A stretch of 64,000 nucleotides of DNA from Glycera tridactyla (lineage: Eukaryota). Positions 50,939 to 62,122 of this stretch are shown one piece after another. The stretch's first letter is position 1. Each line of letters opens with the position of its first letter. A program made the position numbers and the translations under genes. The notes beneath the pieces are model-generated. The model worked only from the letters and a program-made list of their open reading frames with translations, ran no database searches and was not told where the DNA came from. Location: NCBI GenBank assembly GCA_965644265.1, contig OZ286473.1, forward strand, positions 66,526,001 to 66,590,000. The letters are read 5' to 3'.

Positions 50939-51829
50939 GTGCCTATATATTTAAATGTCGAAAACCCGAGATACAGTGAACCACTCGAGGTGAGTGATCT
51001 TCAACTGCGAAATGCGTGGAGCACTCTCCACCCACCTATGTTCGCTGACAAGATGTACACGGTAGCATATTGGCTACGGAGGTACGGCCCTCCCAGACTC
51101 GTCTTTTTTGGCAGCAGCCATGCTATGCACTTTGCCACATTTCAAAATGCACCCTCTGCACCATTGTCACTGAAGCAAGTGTTTAGCGCTTCCAAGTTTG
51201 TGACTGTTGGTGGTCTGAAATGGTCGTCAGCTACCGACCAGCTTAACGGCCTTTTTAGTGACCCCATTAAACTGGCTCGCTATGGCAACCAATGGGCCAA
51301 CTATTACAATTCAGCGCACTCAATAACTCCTAACTATGTGCCCCACTATGCTGTCATTTGCTTGGGCTCAAATGATCTCGATGATTTTGACGCTATGTGT
51401 AGAAGCCTAGCAAATGACCACAGCGTGCTTGAGCTGTCCACCCGCCGTGCAATTCTGTCCAATAATTGGTTTAATCAATTGACGGCCCTTATTCGTCAGG
51501 TAATACCAGGGTTTCGCGTCCATCTCCCGAGATGCCCTTTGGCCTATATCCCTATCTTGGAGAGATCGTGGTGGCTACCGGAAACTAGACAGCTATGCAG
51601 CTACTACAACTACTATATAACTCGCACCCTCGAAACCGAGACAGGTCTGAAAGTTAAGGCTATCGACACGTCACCATTATATATGATCCATAAAAACACC
51701 AAGATCATAAACCCGGCGCTGATGCAGGATGATAATATCCACCTAAATTGGTGGGGCTTTGAGTTGCTTGCAAGACAAATTGCCACCCCACTGCAGCAAT
51801 TCATAGCCAATATTTACGGTCCGCAGTGA
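50939..51829 (+). CDS. Free-standing SGNH/GDSL esterase ORF (first ATG at 51038, 263 aa)
   Basis: Block I FFGSSH, block II VGG, block III LGSND, block V DNIH; Ser-Asp-His triad intact; different frame from ORF1. Confidence 0.85.
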   Translation: MPIYLNVENPRYSEPLEVSDLQLRNAWSTLHPPMFADKMYTVAYWLRRYGPPRLVFFGSSHAMHFATFQNAPSAPLSLKQVFSASKFVTVGGLKWSSATDQLNGLFSDPIKLARYGNQWANYYNSAHSITPNYVPHYAVICLGSNDLDDFDAMCRSLANDHSVLELSTRRAILSNNWFNQLTALIRQVIPGFRVHLPRCPLAYIPILERSWWLPETRQLCSYYNYYITRTLETETGLKVKAIDTSPLYMIHKNTKIINPALMQDDNIHLNWWGFELLARQIATPLQQFIANIYGPQ

Positions 51830-52640
51830 ATTGTCATACTACAGCCGAACATTGTTTGAATGCGCGTATCGAATATTGTCTTGCTAGGATATGCCGTCTT
51901 GATCGCCTCAGACCTTGCACTGGGTTCGTAGTGACCCATAACAGCCGTAGCGCCATCTGGATATTGCTGTCACTCAAAGACGCATTCTTGCATCGCGAAT
52001 TATACAAACCATGCACTGGATCCGTATTGTACACAAACAGCCGCTATGCAATCTGGCTGGTGCCCCAACGCACATGTACTTATGAATGAATGTACTTGGT
52101 GTGTGAGCGTGCGCACACGTATTGATGATTAATTGTACATGGTGTGTGTGTGTGTGTTTGTGGGAATGTTAGCGATTTGTGAATCTTACATGAGAGGGTG
52201 TTTGTAGGCATGTGAGTGTAGTTGAGTGCAAGCTGGTGAGTCTATACGATCATCCTTTCTGTGCTAGAAGTGACTGTGTGCGCGTTTTTGGTGTGAAGGT
52301 GCATGAGTATGTTTGCATTATTGTATGTGCTTATGTGTGAATGCGTGCTCAAGTGTAGTTATCTAATTCCGTGTGTGTTTCCTTTTCTCTTTGTTTTTTC
52401 TTTTTTTCATTACCCACAAGGTTTGTTGCACTGTATCGCTGTTCTTGCAAAAAGAGATGTAACTCTGTGTGTACATACATGTGTAGTTTCTGAGCGTTTA
52501 TGATGTCATGCACCCATGGTTGACTATCACACTCACTCGAGCCAATGTGTCTTGTTTCTCTTCAATTGGTACCCAAAGTCAGGTGACCTCGTTATTGATT
52601 TGTCCTCTGTACATGTTCACTGTCGCTCGACCAACTCCGT

Positions 52641-54190
52641 GTGTGGCAAAACCCTAATTGGGCACCACCCTTTCCATCACCACCATACTATTTTGATCTT
52701 GTGCTTGTACATAGATTTGCTATTGTTCCTTTATGTTCTACTATGCCTCATTATCTGTTTTATGCTAATATCCATCTACGATATTTGACAATCTGCCTTG
52801 AGTCATGCTTGTATTGTGCACCTGAAATATTTCTCCAACTCCCCCTACTTGGTAAAGTATACTGTTACCGCTTATAGTTAAACCAGCTCAAGGATTGTCC
52901 CCTGGACCTGCTGTTTATTGCTCAACCTGCCTCACGTGTGGTACAACCCTAATTGGGCACCACCGCCTCTATCACCACCTTAAATCTCGATGTTCTGTAT
53001 TCTCTCCAATTTGTCTTTGTCCTTTTATGTTCGACCTTGCCTCATGACTGACACAAGTTGCCATAGGCGCCACCTATCGTATCCTGCAGGCAGAACCCTA
53101 ATTGGGCACCTGTTGCGATCAAGATGCTAGACTGTTACAACCTGCCTTGGGTCTGACCCTTATTGGGCACCCAATGACTTCTCCTACTTGGTAAGTTGCA
53201 TTGTTGCCGTTCACAGATGAACCTGCTTAAAAAGCCGTGCCTCCTATCGCATCCACCGCATAACACCATCTATTGACCAGACCTCTGGACTATGCCGCGG
53301 ATGCGTCCGGCCGTATCCTGCGGGCTTGACCCTTTGTCACGCTCGACCACATCGACTCCATATCAACATCTACTGGCCTTGCAGTGTTTCTTTTTCTTTT
53401 CGAATACTACCATGAACTTTGCAATAAGCACCACCAACTGTAAGCAAAACCCCAATTGTGCACCTGCTGTTAACAGGATAACTGCAACTGGAAGTTTAAC
53501 CTGCAACACTAAGTTGCAGATACTCTCTTCATTTTTCCTTTTCTGTTAGCCCTCAGGCACAACCCTAATTGGGCACCTGTGGTCATCCTGCTGATACATA
53601 TATCTCTGTTATAAATGGTTCTATGTTACACCTGACAATGTCATAACTGCCATCTATCTTAGCAAACAGGGACAACCCTAATTGGGCACCTGTGGTTAAC
53701 TTATTGACAATGCTAATGACTACAATCTGCAATTGCCTCTATTGTGTTATTTTTTTTTTCTTTTTTCTGCATTTATTTCTCTTATTGTTCACAGGTACGA
53801 CCCTAATTGGGCACCTGGTGGCCTCTGTGTCTATAATGATGCCTCTTAGTATAGCAATAATCTCTATATATCATCTAATATTGTGATCATCTTCTCGTGA
53901 ACCGGCTGGTACTTAACTGTTGTTTTTCTCACGATGATCTCCCATAATTTGTCTCTAATTCACTCTATTACATGCTGTCTCACTATTTGCTATTTTTCTG
54001 CCAGTAGCCTGATTTATCGAAAATTATAGTGTGGCATAACCCTAATTGGGCACCATATTCTTTGAGTGTTTCTTTACTACGCTCTCTTTTCCATCTACTT
54101 GACTGCAACTGCTCATTGAGGATGAAACAATATGACTCATTCTGTTCCTGGCTATGGATTGGTTAGAATAACCCTTATTGGGCACTACTC
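52641..54190 (+). repeat. Array of ten ~25-30 nt hairpin motifs, core RACCCTAATTGGGCACC, with variable spacers
   Basis: Cores at 52650, 52945, 53094, 53155, 53448, 53561, 53674, 53799, 54038, 54170. Confidence 0.92.
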
Positions 54191-54361
54191 ACTCCTGTCG
54201 GGACCAGAAATTATTTCTTACTTAGCTCCACCAATATCCTTGAACCACAGTTACTGTGTACTGTGTATCTAATCCCCTAATCTTCAATATTATGACCTGT
54301 GCAGTTCTCCTAGACACAGACCCAAGCATTTCCTACTCACCCAGGGACCCACCCCCTAATT

Positions 54362-57281
54362 ATGGTTGAGTTTCCAACACAAACTCCTCTTTCCAAAATT
54401 GATTACACAATTTACTCCCTCTCTAAATTAAATGGCGTGGCGTTTGGTGCATATAATATTCGCAGACTTGTACCCAAACTAGATTCCATCAAGATACTGC
54501 TGGATAAAACAAAGCTAGATATACTTGTCCTGACCGAAACATTTTTAAACAGCTCGATCAATGACAGTGAGCTTATAGTTGATGGCTTTAACCTTTATCG
54601 CCAGGACCAGAATAAGGATTCATGTAAAAAATCAGGCGGAGGGATTATTGCCTATGTACGTAAGGCATACTCTGTTAGTCTAGAAGACTCTGCCTGTTCT
54701 CTGAACAAAGACTTAGAGTCTATGTGGCTTACTTTGCGTTTACCGAGAACAAAGCCGATTTTAATTGGTGCTTGCTATCAGCCACCTGATGGCAGTCTGG
54801 TAAATGCAACTGAAATGCTGACCACGTCCATCAATCACCTTCTAACAAATAAAAATGAAGAAATAATCTGCCTCGGGGATCTGAATATTGATACATCCAA
54901 CCCCTCGCAAGACACCCAAAACATACCGTGACTTCCTAATACTTGAGAAGCTGTCCCAAATCATCAAACAGCCAACTAGAGTTACTAAATCTTCTTCCAC
55001 TACAATCGACCATTTCTGTACCAACAACGCTGATCTTTACCAACGCTGTGGTACAATTGATCCTGGCCTGAGTGATCACAGTCTCATCTTTGCCTGTAGG
55101 AAATACCTAAAACTACCCAAACTCAAAGTAACTATAACTATCCGTTCTCGCCGCCACTTCGATATAGATAACTTTAAACAGGACATGATCAACTCTGACT
55201 GGAGCTCTGTCATCGATACAACTGACCCCAACTTAGTAACTCCAAGGTTCAATAGTATTATGCTCCGATTAATTGACAAGCATCTGCCGCTCATTAGTAT
55301 TAGGGTGAGAAGCAACAGTGTCCCATGGGTAACGAAGGAATACCTCAGTTATACTGACCGACGGAAATACCTCTCACGGCTTTATAAAAAGAACCCCACT
55401 GATGAATTGCTTGAAATGAAGAAAAATGCAATTCGAGAATGTAATAGACTCAAGCGTCGACTGAAAACTGATTATATCAATTGTAAATTAGAAGAACATA
55501 AGAGTGACGACAAAAAACTATGGGAAGAGTTACGGCACATTCTACCAGACTCTAACAATAACTCAGGCAGTACTATTGAAGAAATCAATGGCATCCCTGG
55601 CGATCTGAAAATTGCGAATGAATTAAACCAACACTTCTGTAGTACGGCTAAAACCCTCGTTGACAGAATCCCTGCAGAGACTAATCCCTCTCTGACGCCG
55701 TGTTTGCCACCCATATTTGACCTAAAGCCAGCCTCTATCAAGGATATCCAGGATGGAATTAGCCAACTTTCGAACTCGAAATCGAGTAGCAATGACAGTA
55801 TTACTTCTGAACTTTTAAAATCATGTAATGAAATTATTAGCCCGGTCATCTTGCATCTAGTTAATTCAAGTATTATTAGCAAAACTTTTCCATCTGTCTG
55901 GAAAGTTGCTAATGTAAGGCCTCTTTTTAAATCAGGTAAAACAAATCTTGCAACAAACTACCGTCCAATCTCTATCTTGCCTACCGTTAGCAAGATTCTG
56001 GAGCGAATTGTCCATACTCAAACATATAATTATATGACCGTAAATAACCTGCTGACAGACGCCCAGGCGGAGTTCAGGAAGGGACACTCAACAGGCACCT
56101 GTCTAATGGCCTTTCTTGATGAGATATATCATGCCATCGAGCGGGGTGAATTAAGTGGAGTGCTCTTCCTGGACCTCTCCAAGGCATTTGATACTGTCGA
56201 CCATATTTTACTGATTCAGAAATTAAGGAACATGGGCTGCAAAGCGAGTACATTATCATGGTTCAAATCATACTTATCTGAACGCACTCAGAAGACCATT
56301 GTCAATATCTCCTCCTCGACCACCCTGAACATTGATTACGGAGTACCACAAGGCTCTATTTTAGGCCCCCTTCTCTTTACGATTTATGTAAACGATATCA
56401 CTGAGCATGTACTTTCTAGTAAGACATTCCTTTATGCAGACGACACTGCCATATTATATTCCGCAAAGGACCCGGGGGAAATTTTGGCCAATCTGTCACT
56501 AGACTTAGTAGCTCTACAGAAATGGTTCAACTCAAACAAACTGACGCTTAATATCAACAAGTGTAAACTTATGTTTTTCGGAAGTCGGTCGAAATTGGGA
56601 CAGTCGACTGACTTAAACCTGCATTTTAATGACACGATAATTGAACGTCCCACCTCCTTTAAGTACTTAGGTCTGACTTTAGACCCGTCTCTATCCTTTA
56701 CCGAACATGTCTCAAATGTGGTTCATAGCGTGTCTTATAAAACTGGGATGTTGTGGAGGTTGCGCCCATACATCAACAAGGATGTTGCTTTAAAACTTTT
56801 TAAAGTGTTGATTAACCCACTCTTTTGCTATGTCGATTTCATATATGACGCCACATCAGTGACGAATAAAAAGAGACTCCAAATTGCCCAGAACAAGGCC
56901 CTCAAATGTGTGCTCAATGTGGGACGTCGGACTCCAAGTGTCTACATTCACAAAACAACAAGGATAATGTATTTACAGAAGCAGAGAGACCTCCGTTCGA
57001 TGATTGAAATACATAAAATCATGACCGGCCATTGTCCTCCCATGATATCAGACAGAATTAAGCAAAAAAATCCCTCTAGGGTCCACACTAGACAGTCTGA
57101 AAAATGCTTGATTGAAATCCCGAAGATCAAGTATGAATTAAGTCGCGGTAACATTTTCCTTAGGGGCAGTATATTGTGGAATAAGCTCGACTCTGATCTT
57201 AAGGACATAGAAAATGCTCAATCATTAAGAAGTGAACTAAAAATCCAGGCCCTTGAGAACCTTTCCGGCTTGCCTGATTAG
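54362..57281 (+). CDS. LINE ORF2 (APE endonuclease + reverse transcriptase), single frameshift near 54900-54930
   Basis: YNIR, TETFL, GGGIIAY, GDLNID, DHF, SDH; LDLSKAFDTVDH, GVPQGSILGPLLF, YADDT, YLG. Confidence 0.93.
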
Positions 57282-57505
57282 ATTGCATGAACCATTCTAA
57301 TTCATGCTGAATCATATTGTCTCATCTCCTCCTCTTTTGTATTTTTTTTTGTACATATATGTCCTGTAAATACTGTATATACTGTTATATGTTCTCGCAA
57401 GCCCTGAGTTCATCTGGCTTTCAGATACGGGGCTTGTTTTTTTGAGAGTAAAATAAAGTATTAAAAAAAAAAATGTAAAACCTAAGTTCCCTAAGTCTAG
57501 GGGGC

Positions 57506-59450
57506 GTGGCCGCAAACGTCAGCCCTAGGGCAGCGTGCGTCGCTCCCTCAGGATCGCTAGTGGTAAGAGCTCATCTTCTACAATTTCTGGATCAATGGCG
57601 GTTGATAACCTCGAACAGATTTGTTCTGTCAGTAGTGGGGAAGGGCCTCTCTCTGATTTTCATTCAGCAACCCCCTCTGTCACAAGTTCTCCATCCCTCT
57701 TCGTTACCAAGAGGGCAGGAGAAGAGAGAAGCTCTTTTGCTGGAGATCAAGAACATGTTGCAGAAGGACGCAGTAGTCCTGGTAGGGCCGGAGGACAGTC
57801 CAGGATTTTATTGCAACCTGTTCTCGGTTGCCGAGTCAACGGGGGGTTTTAGTCCTATAATCAATTTGAAGCCGCTAAATCTTCTTCTGTACAATCAGAA
57901 GTTCAAGATGGAGACTGCCCGGTCAGTGGTGAAGTCAGTGTCACTCATGGACTGGACAGTCTCCATCGACCTCAAGGATGCTTATTTTCATGTACCGATC
58001 CGAGAGGAGTTCCAGAAATACCTGCGATTCACTGTATCGGAGCAGGAGGGGTACCAGTTCAAAGCCCTTCCCTTCGGCCTTTCCTCGGCAACAAGGGTTT
58101 TCACCATAGTGTTGAGGGAAGTGGTGCAGCACCTCCATCAGAAAGGAAAAAAGATTCATTTCTACTTACATGACTGGTTGCTGAGGCATCAGGATTCAAC
58201 TATTCTCGAGAGTCATCTGAATTATGAGGTCCAGTTGGCAACAGATCTAGGTTGGATCATCCACTAAGAAAAAACAGATCTGATTCCTTCCCGCCAGTTC
58301 ACCTACCTGAGTATCGAGTTCGATACCCAGGAGGGAACCGTCAGACCATCATGAAAGAGAATAGAAAAGTTGAATCTTTGCATACAACTATTTCAGAGGA
58401 GGCCTCAGCAACCAGTCAGAGCCATCCTGCGTTTACTGGGCCATATGTCCAGTTTGACTGATTTTGTACATCTGGGGAGGCTTCATATGAGGCAGCTCCA
58501 ATTATACCTCCTATCAAAATGAAGACCCTTTGCCGACCCCTTAGAGGTCATGTTACTGCTTCCCAGGGAGGAGATTGCAAGTCTGATTTGGTGGCAGATT
58601 CCACGAACTCTTACAGCGGGATTCCATTAGAACCTTGTCAGTCCACAGTGATGGTCATGACAGATGCCTCTCTGTCAGGTTGGAGTGCGCAGTTGACAGT
58701 AGGAGAGAGAGATAGCTGGTTCTTGGCCTCACACTCACATGGGCAGGTCGATAAACTCCCTAGAATTGGAGGCAATTCTACTAGCCTTTCAACAGTTTGT
58801 TCCCTTCCTTCAGAATCAAGTAGTGTTAGTCTTATCGGACAACAGCACAGCAATTTCTTATATAAAGAAACAGGGGGGAATGCTCTCTCCTATGTGCACT
58901 AGCCTGGAGAATTTTCATGCTTGCAGAGAAACTGTCAATGATAGTTCAAGTCCGCCACATTCCAGGCAAAAGGAATGTTGTAGGGAACGCTCTTTCAAGG
59001 GTCAAACCAATCCAAACAGAATGGGAACTTTGCCCTCTAGTTTTCAACCAAATCAATCAGAAGTTCAATCTTTCACCTATCATTGACCTGATGGCCACTC
59101 CGGCCAACACGAAACTTCCAATTTTCGTGTGTCCATTTCCCAATCAGAAAGCATGGGCAGTAGATGCTCTTTCAGTGCAATGGGAGGGCTTCGGAGTGGG
59201 TTATGTTTACCCTCCGACAGCGTTGATAAAGGAAGTCATCAGCAAGCTGAGAAGAAGGGAGATCACACTGGTTTGCATAGCACCATGGTGGCCGAACCAG
59301 TCATGGTTTCCCGACCTTTTGAAAATGTCGATAGACCTACCATTAGAACTTCCGATCTCAAAAAAGTTGGTAACACAGATGGTGGATAGGAAGAGAGTCT
59401 TCCACTGCAGACCACAGATCTTAGGGCTGACCGCTTGGTGTCTGTCCGGG
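57506..59450 (+). pseudogene. DIRS RT - RNase H - adenine-methyltransferase-like ORF, frameshifted
   Basis: L.QF...W..IT, IINLKPLN, IDLKDAYFHVPI, LPFGL, YLHDWL; TDASLSGW, INSLELEAI, SDNST, HIPGK.NV; IDLMAT..N.KLP.F, YVYPP, APWWP.QSWFP. Confidence 0.9.
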
Positions 59451-59459
59451 GTGCCCTCA

Positions 59460-60486
59460 AGCAAAAGGGTTATTCGGCAAAGGTTGTCGAGCGGATCGCT
59501 CGATCAGACCAGAATTCTGCTTCTATCTACGATAGCCGCTGGAAAAAGTGGTTCTACTGGTGTGAGTGGATTGTGAGAACCCCTCTACTCCGCAGGTAGT
59601 ACAATTTTTCATTGAGCTCTTCGAAGCCAGTTTACAACCATGTACTGTAAGGGGTTATCGAAATGTGTTGCAATCTGTGTATGTCCACACTGACTGTAAT
59701 GTTTTGAACAGTAGTGAAGTCAAGTCTTCGCAGAATGACCTTGAGCTCGAGAGACCAATTATTCAGAAGACAGTTCCACAATGGGATTTATCCTTGATTC
59801 TTAAGTTCTTAAAGAGTCCTTGCTTTGAACCTTTGGAAGATTGTTTGGTTTCATATCTTACAAAGAAAACTGTCTTTTTGGTAGCGCTGGTCTCAGGCAG
59901 ACGCCGTAGTGAAATACATGCATTTTCAGGCTCTACAGGACTAGTGAGATTCACTGCAGATAAATCATCTGTTAGAATTTATTCAGTTCCAGGGTTTCTG
60001 GCTAAGAACCAGAAGCCCTTGGCTAGATCTCCTGAGATTAGGATTCCAGCTATCCCAAATTGTGTAGATGAAGAGGTAGACAATTCCTTGTGTCCGGTGA
60101 GAGCCCTGGATATTTATCTACAAAGGGTGGCTGCTTGGAGGGCGAATAGAATCAGATTATTTCTGCCAGTCAGTAGAGCAACCACGGGCAAATTACGTTT
60201 GGACAGAATATCTGCTTGGATACAGCAAACAGTAAAACAAGCATACGAGGCAGCTGACAGAGATGAAGATCTTCCTAGCTCTGTGTCAGCTCATGAAGTT
60301 TGAGCCTTATCCACATCATGGAAAGCATTGAATCAGGCTTGTTCCATTGAGGAGTTAATGCAGGCAGCATTTTGGAAGTCTGGCAGTACATTTCCAACCT
60401 TTTTTTGAGGGATATGTGCGGCTAGGCTTTCGACCTGTATTCTCTGGGTCCAATAGTAGTCGCTCAATCCGTGGTTAATCCATAGC
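59460..60486 (+). pseudogene. DIRS tyrosine recombinase, inactivated
   Basis: Y...WKKW..WC, KTVFLVALVSGRRRSEIH, LCPVRAL, AHEV*(R to TGA at 60301), W....TF; catalytic Tyr region frameshifted; C-terminal LYSLGPIVVAQ. Confidence 0.9.
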
Positions 60487-60496
60487 GTGTAATATC

Positions 60497-61038
60497 ACTC
60501 CAGTCTTGAATACTCGGGTACTAGCCGAGAGGCAAGGAGTTTGCATGGTATCTCTATAATTGTGTTGTTTTCTGTATAGGCTCTAGGTCTCGAATAGGGT
60601 ATTAGCCGAGAGACACGGAGCAATCAATAGGTTTTTTATTTCAAATAATGTACATTTCAATAGGCTCTATGCCTTGAAGACTCGGATATTAGCCAAGAGA
60701 CACGGAGCAATCAACATATGCTCTCAATGATTGATAATTATTTGTGTTGTATATATCTATAGGCTCTATGTCTTGAAGACTCGGGTATTAGCCGAGAGAC
60801 ACGGAGCATGCAGCATATGTTTTTGAAATTGATTCATGATTATTCATATTGTACATATCAATAGGCTCTAGGTCCTTAAATACTCGGGTATTAGCCGAGA
60901 GACACAGAGCATTATCAAACACTGAGATTGAAATGTATATAGCTGTTTATAGCAATAGGCTCTAGGTCTTGAATACTCGGGGTAATGAATTTTTTTTTCA
61001 CCTGTGATTCAGATATAGGTACCCGAGAGACACGGAGC
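60497..61038 (+). repeat. Six-copy structured repeat in the DIRS 3' non-coding region
   Basis: Core GCTCTAGGTCTTGAATACTCGGGTATTAGCCGAGAGACACGGAGC at 60497, 60580, 60664, 60763, 60865, 60959. Confidence 0.9.
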
Positions 61039-61076
61039 ATCCAGAGGGCTCTACACCCTCCATCCATGTCATATTC

Positions 61077-61136
61077 AATGCTAAATCTGAGGAAGAAATG
61101 GTACAGATAGATCCACCCCAGGTTTGGTTCTCTAAC
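61077..61136 (+). other. DIRS internal complementary region (ICR)
   Basis: 61077-61113 is the reverse complement of the left terminus 45038-45074; 61119-61136 is the reverse complement of the right terminus 61335-61352. Confidence 0.88.
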
Positions 61137-61218
61137 CTTGGGATCTATACTTACCATTTCTCCCTCAAATTTGAGGGTCCCTCCCGTCCGTCCCCATTGT
61201 AGAGCAATATAGAAGCTT

Positions 61219-61338
61219 GTTGAAAATATACACAGAGATACGGCAGTGGCCGCGGGACGTCAACGGTCCCGCCTGACATCTGGCGGGATTATCGGCGGCC
61301 GGGAGGAACACCCCTAATTGAAATTCTTATTGTTGTTA
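61219..61338 (+). repeat. DIRS right inverted terminal repeat (plus short right extension to ~61352)
   Basis: Reverse complement of 45104-45222. Confidence 0.92.
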
Positions 61339-61354
61339 GAGAACCGAACCTGAT

Positions 61355-61860
61355 GAGGGGGGGGGGTTCTGATAATGTATTGCAAGATAACTTATCATAT
61401 CATATCATGGCTGTATTCAACTAGAATATTGGTGCCTTCAGATTTATCATCAACGTGAGCATGTCCCGCTGTAATTAATTAATTCTGGTCTTTAGATCTT
61501 TATACTATGGACAACTTCTAGGGACTACTACTTCTATTATGGTACTTCATCAATCTGCAAATTTGAATAATAATTTGGTGAAATGTTTGCTTTTTGGTTC
61601 TATTACTGAGATTATTTACCGCAATACAATGTGCTGAGACATCATGACAACAGTTGTCGCAAGAATATTATGTGATGTTTTTGATGTTCTGAGGTGTGTC
61701 TCGAAAACCTTTCCACTTTTGTGTAAATTTATTTGTGTTGTCAATTTGTACATATGTTTTTTTACTATGTTCATTTGTACTCTTGAGGGAAGGAAATGAT
61801 CCTGTGATCTTCCCTGCTAGAGTTTAATAAAGTTTCTTTCAATCAATCAATCAATCAATC
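61355..61860 (+). mobile_element. Probable 3' UTR end of the LINE at 43469, ending AATAAA (61826-61831) + (TCAA)n
   Basis: Typical CR1/L2 microsatellite tail; continuity across the DIRS insertion is inferred. Confidence 0.55.
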
Positions 61861-62008
61861 GATCATCATAAGCAGCAGCAGCAGCATGTCATACACAGGG
61901 AATACATCCACATATTCTCAAATTAAAAAAAAAAAAGGGAGAGATGAATATTGTTGAAGGGGGCAATGTAAGGGAAAATAGTCGATAGTATTCGCAAATG
62001 TAGCTTGC

Positions 62009-62122
62009 CTGTTTCACAATGAGTTCCTTCATATCCATCAGTACATATACAACTGTAGGAATTGACGCTGTCATTGCAATTCGCCCCGTTCTCACATGGA
62101 TTACTACTACACTCATCAATAT
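62009..62122 (-). CDS. EGF exon, GC donor
   Basis: [38 protein letters not shown]; |GCAAGC. Confidence 0.85.

Larger units (their letters stand above)
48925..57472 (+). mobile_element. Full-length young CR1/L2-group LINE (8548 bp) with three ORFs, AATAAA (57452-57457), A10 tail and 6-bp TSD ATGTAA (48919-48924 / 57473-57478)
   Basis: TSD identified; removing the element restores the DIRS gag reading frame. Confidence 0.92.
45038..61354 (+). mobile_element. DIRS1-type tyrosine-recombinase retrotransposon (defective; ~7.8 kb after removing the nested LINE)
   Basis: ITRs, ICR complementary to both termini, gag, RT-RNase H-methyltransferase, YR. Confidence 0.92.

Noticed and set aside
52641-54190. 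CRISPR array interpretation of the hairpin repeats
   Set aside because: Eukaryotic LINE context, no cas genes, spacers vary widely (44-278 bp) and several are paralogous to each other
60497-61038. Hammerhead ribozyme or CRISPR call for the DIRS repeats
   Set aside because: Lacks the invariant CUGANGA and GAAA core; no cas genes; lies inside a DIRS 3' region
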